A DNA stretch of 63,543 bases, filler included, from Octopus bimaculoides (Eukaryota): NCBI RefSeq assembly GCF_001194135.2. It is 8 parts of 6 records of this genome, joined end to end, with 100 filler letters (N's around TTAATTAATTAA, not from the genome) between each part and the next. Parts side by side here need not be neighbours in the genome. Positions count along the whole stretch, not along the records: positions 62,277 to 63,543 come from NW_026370589.1; 7 more parts are not named here. One strand, given 5' to 3'. Under the pieces are notes generated by a model that worked only from the letters and a program-made list of their open reading frames with translations, searched no databases and was not told where the DNA came from. The number at the start of each line of letters is the position of its first letter. The stretch's first letter is position 1. A program made the translations under genes and the position numbers. Positions 62,701-63,543 of this stretch are shown here, piece after piece.

Positions 62701-63543
62701 GGCCACTATCTTTTCAGCTTTATATTTTATGGTCTAAGGGGAAATAACTCTAATTCTCCACCCACCCACCCCTTTCCTTTTTTTTCTGTTTTCTTTTACG
62801 TTTTCCGGTTTTTCAACCTTCCACCTTTTATATCTACTTCTTTCACGCCTTTTCTCACTTTTTCTCTCATCCTGTCATCCCATTTTTTAGCTTGTTGTGC
62901 CATGTGGGTAGTGCTTGAGGATTGTACTAAGACACCAGACGGGTTAAAAAATACTGTCTGGCATGCTCTCATCACATGAAACAAACAGTAACTCATAAAA
63001 ACAAATTTTGTGTTTATTAAATAATATAATAGGCGTAGGAGTGGCTGTGTGGTAAGTAGCTCGCTTACGAACCACATGGTTCCAGGTTCAGTCCCACTGC
63101 GTGGCATCGTGGACAAGTATCTTCTACTATAGCCTCGGGCCAACCAAAGTTTTAATAGACATCACTTAAAAACAGGATGTTCATATCATAGAACCAGTGG
63201 AGGTGGTTTCAGATGGATTGGTATGAAAAGGGTTAAAAAAAGCTATCAAGCAACATAGTCAAACCAGACCCAACCATATTTACTGTAAGTCTATATCAAC
63301 TATCTGGCACTCATGCTGTGTCCACAAAATAAATCAATATGGTCCCTATACAGACCGTAACCCTTTCATTACTATATTTCTGTTGAAGTATACTGCTTTT
63401 GTTTCAATCAATTTTTAAAATAACGAGGAATTTAGTAAAATAGCATTGCCATTAGTTAATTAATCTTGTTTGGAACATAAATTAGCATGAAATTTTGATG
63501 AAAGATTATAATTTAGATCACAGGAAAGTTATATCATAGAACC

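Overview
Eukaryotic, AT-rich, repeat-dense, gapped DNA. The SINE families, RTE tails and microsatellite load point to a coleoid cephalopod, most likely Octopus (inferred from repeat recognition, not a database hit). Seven 100-bp spacers (N44-TTAATTAATTAA-N44) split the window into eight joined pieces. The only confidently identifiable host gene is the 3' end of a group I p21-activated kinase (Pak) on the minus strand, with three coding exons at 36905-34919. These exons are missing from the supplied ORF track because it is start-codon based. The stop exon has a strong splice donor 37 nt after the stop, followed by several AG/GT-bounded non-coding exon candidates and a ~4 kb 3' UTR-like tract, suggesting a multiply spliced 3' UTR. 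The rest is transposon relics: RTE, Tx1-like and Hero-like LINEs; a Penelope-like GIY-YIG relic; small elements with a variant minimal hammerhead ribozyme; a Tc1 with DD36E spacing; mariner, piggyBac and hAT MITEs; several tRNA-derived SINE families; fold-back structures; and micro/minisatellites. Almost all supplied ORFs are microsatellite or N-gap artefacts. No CRISPR array or rRNA was seen. All coordinates were counted by eye; repeat boundaries are approximate.
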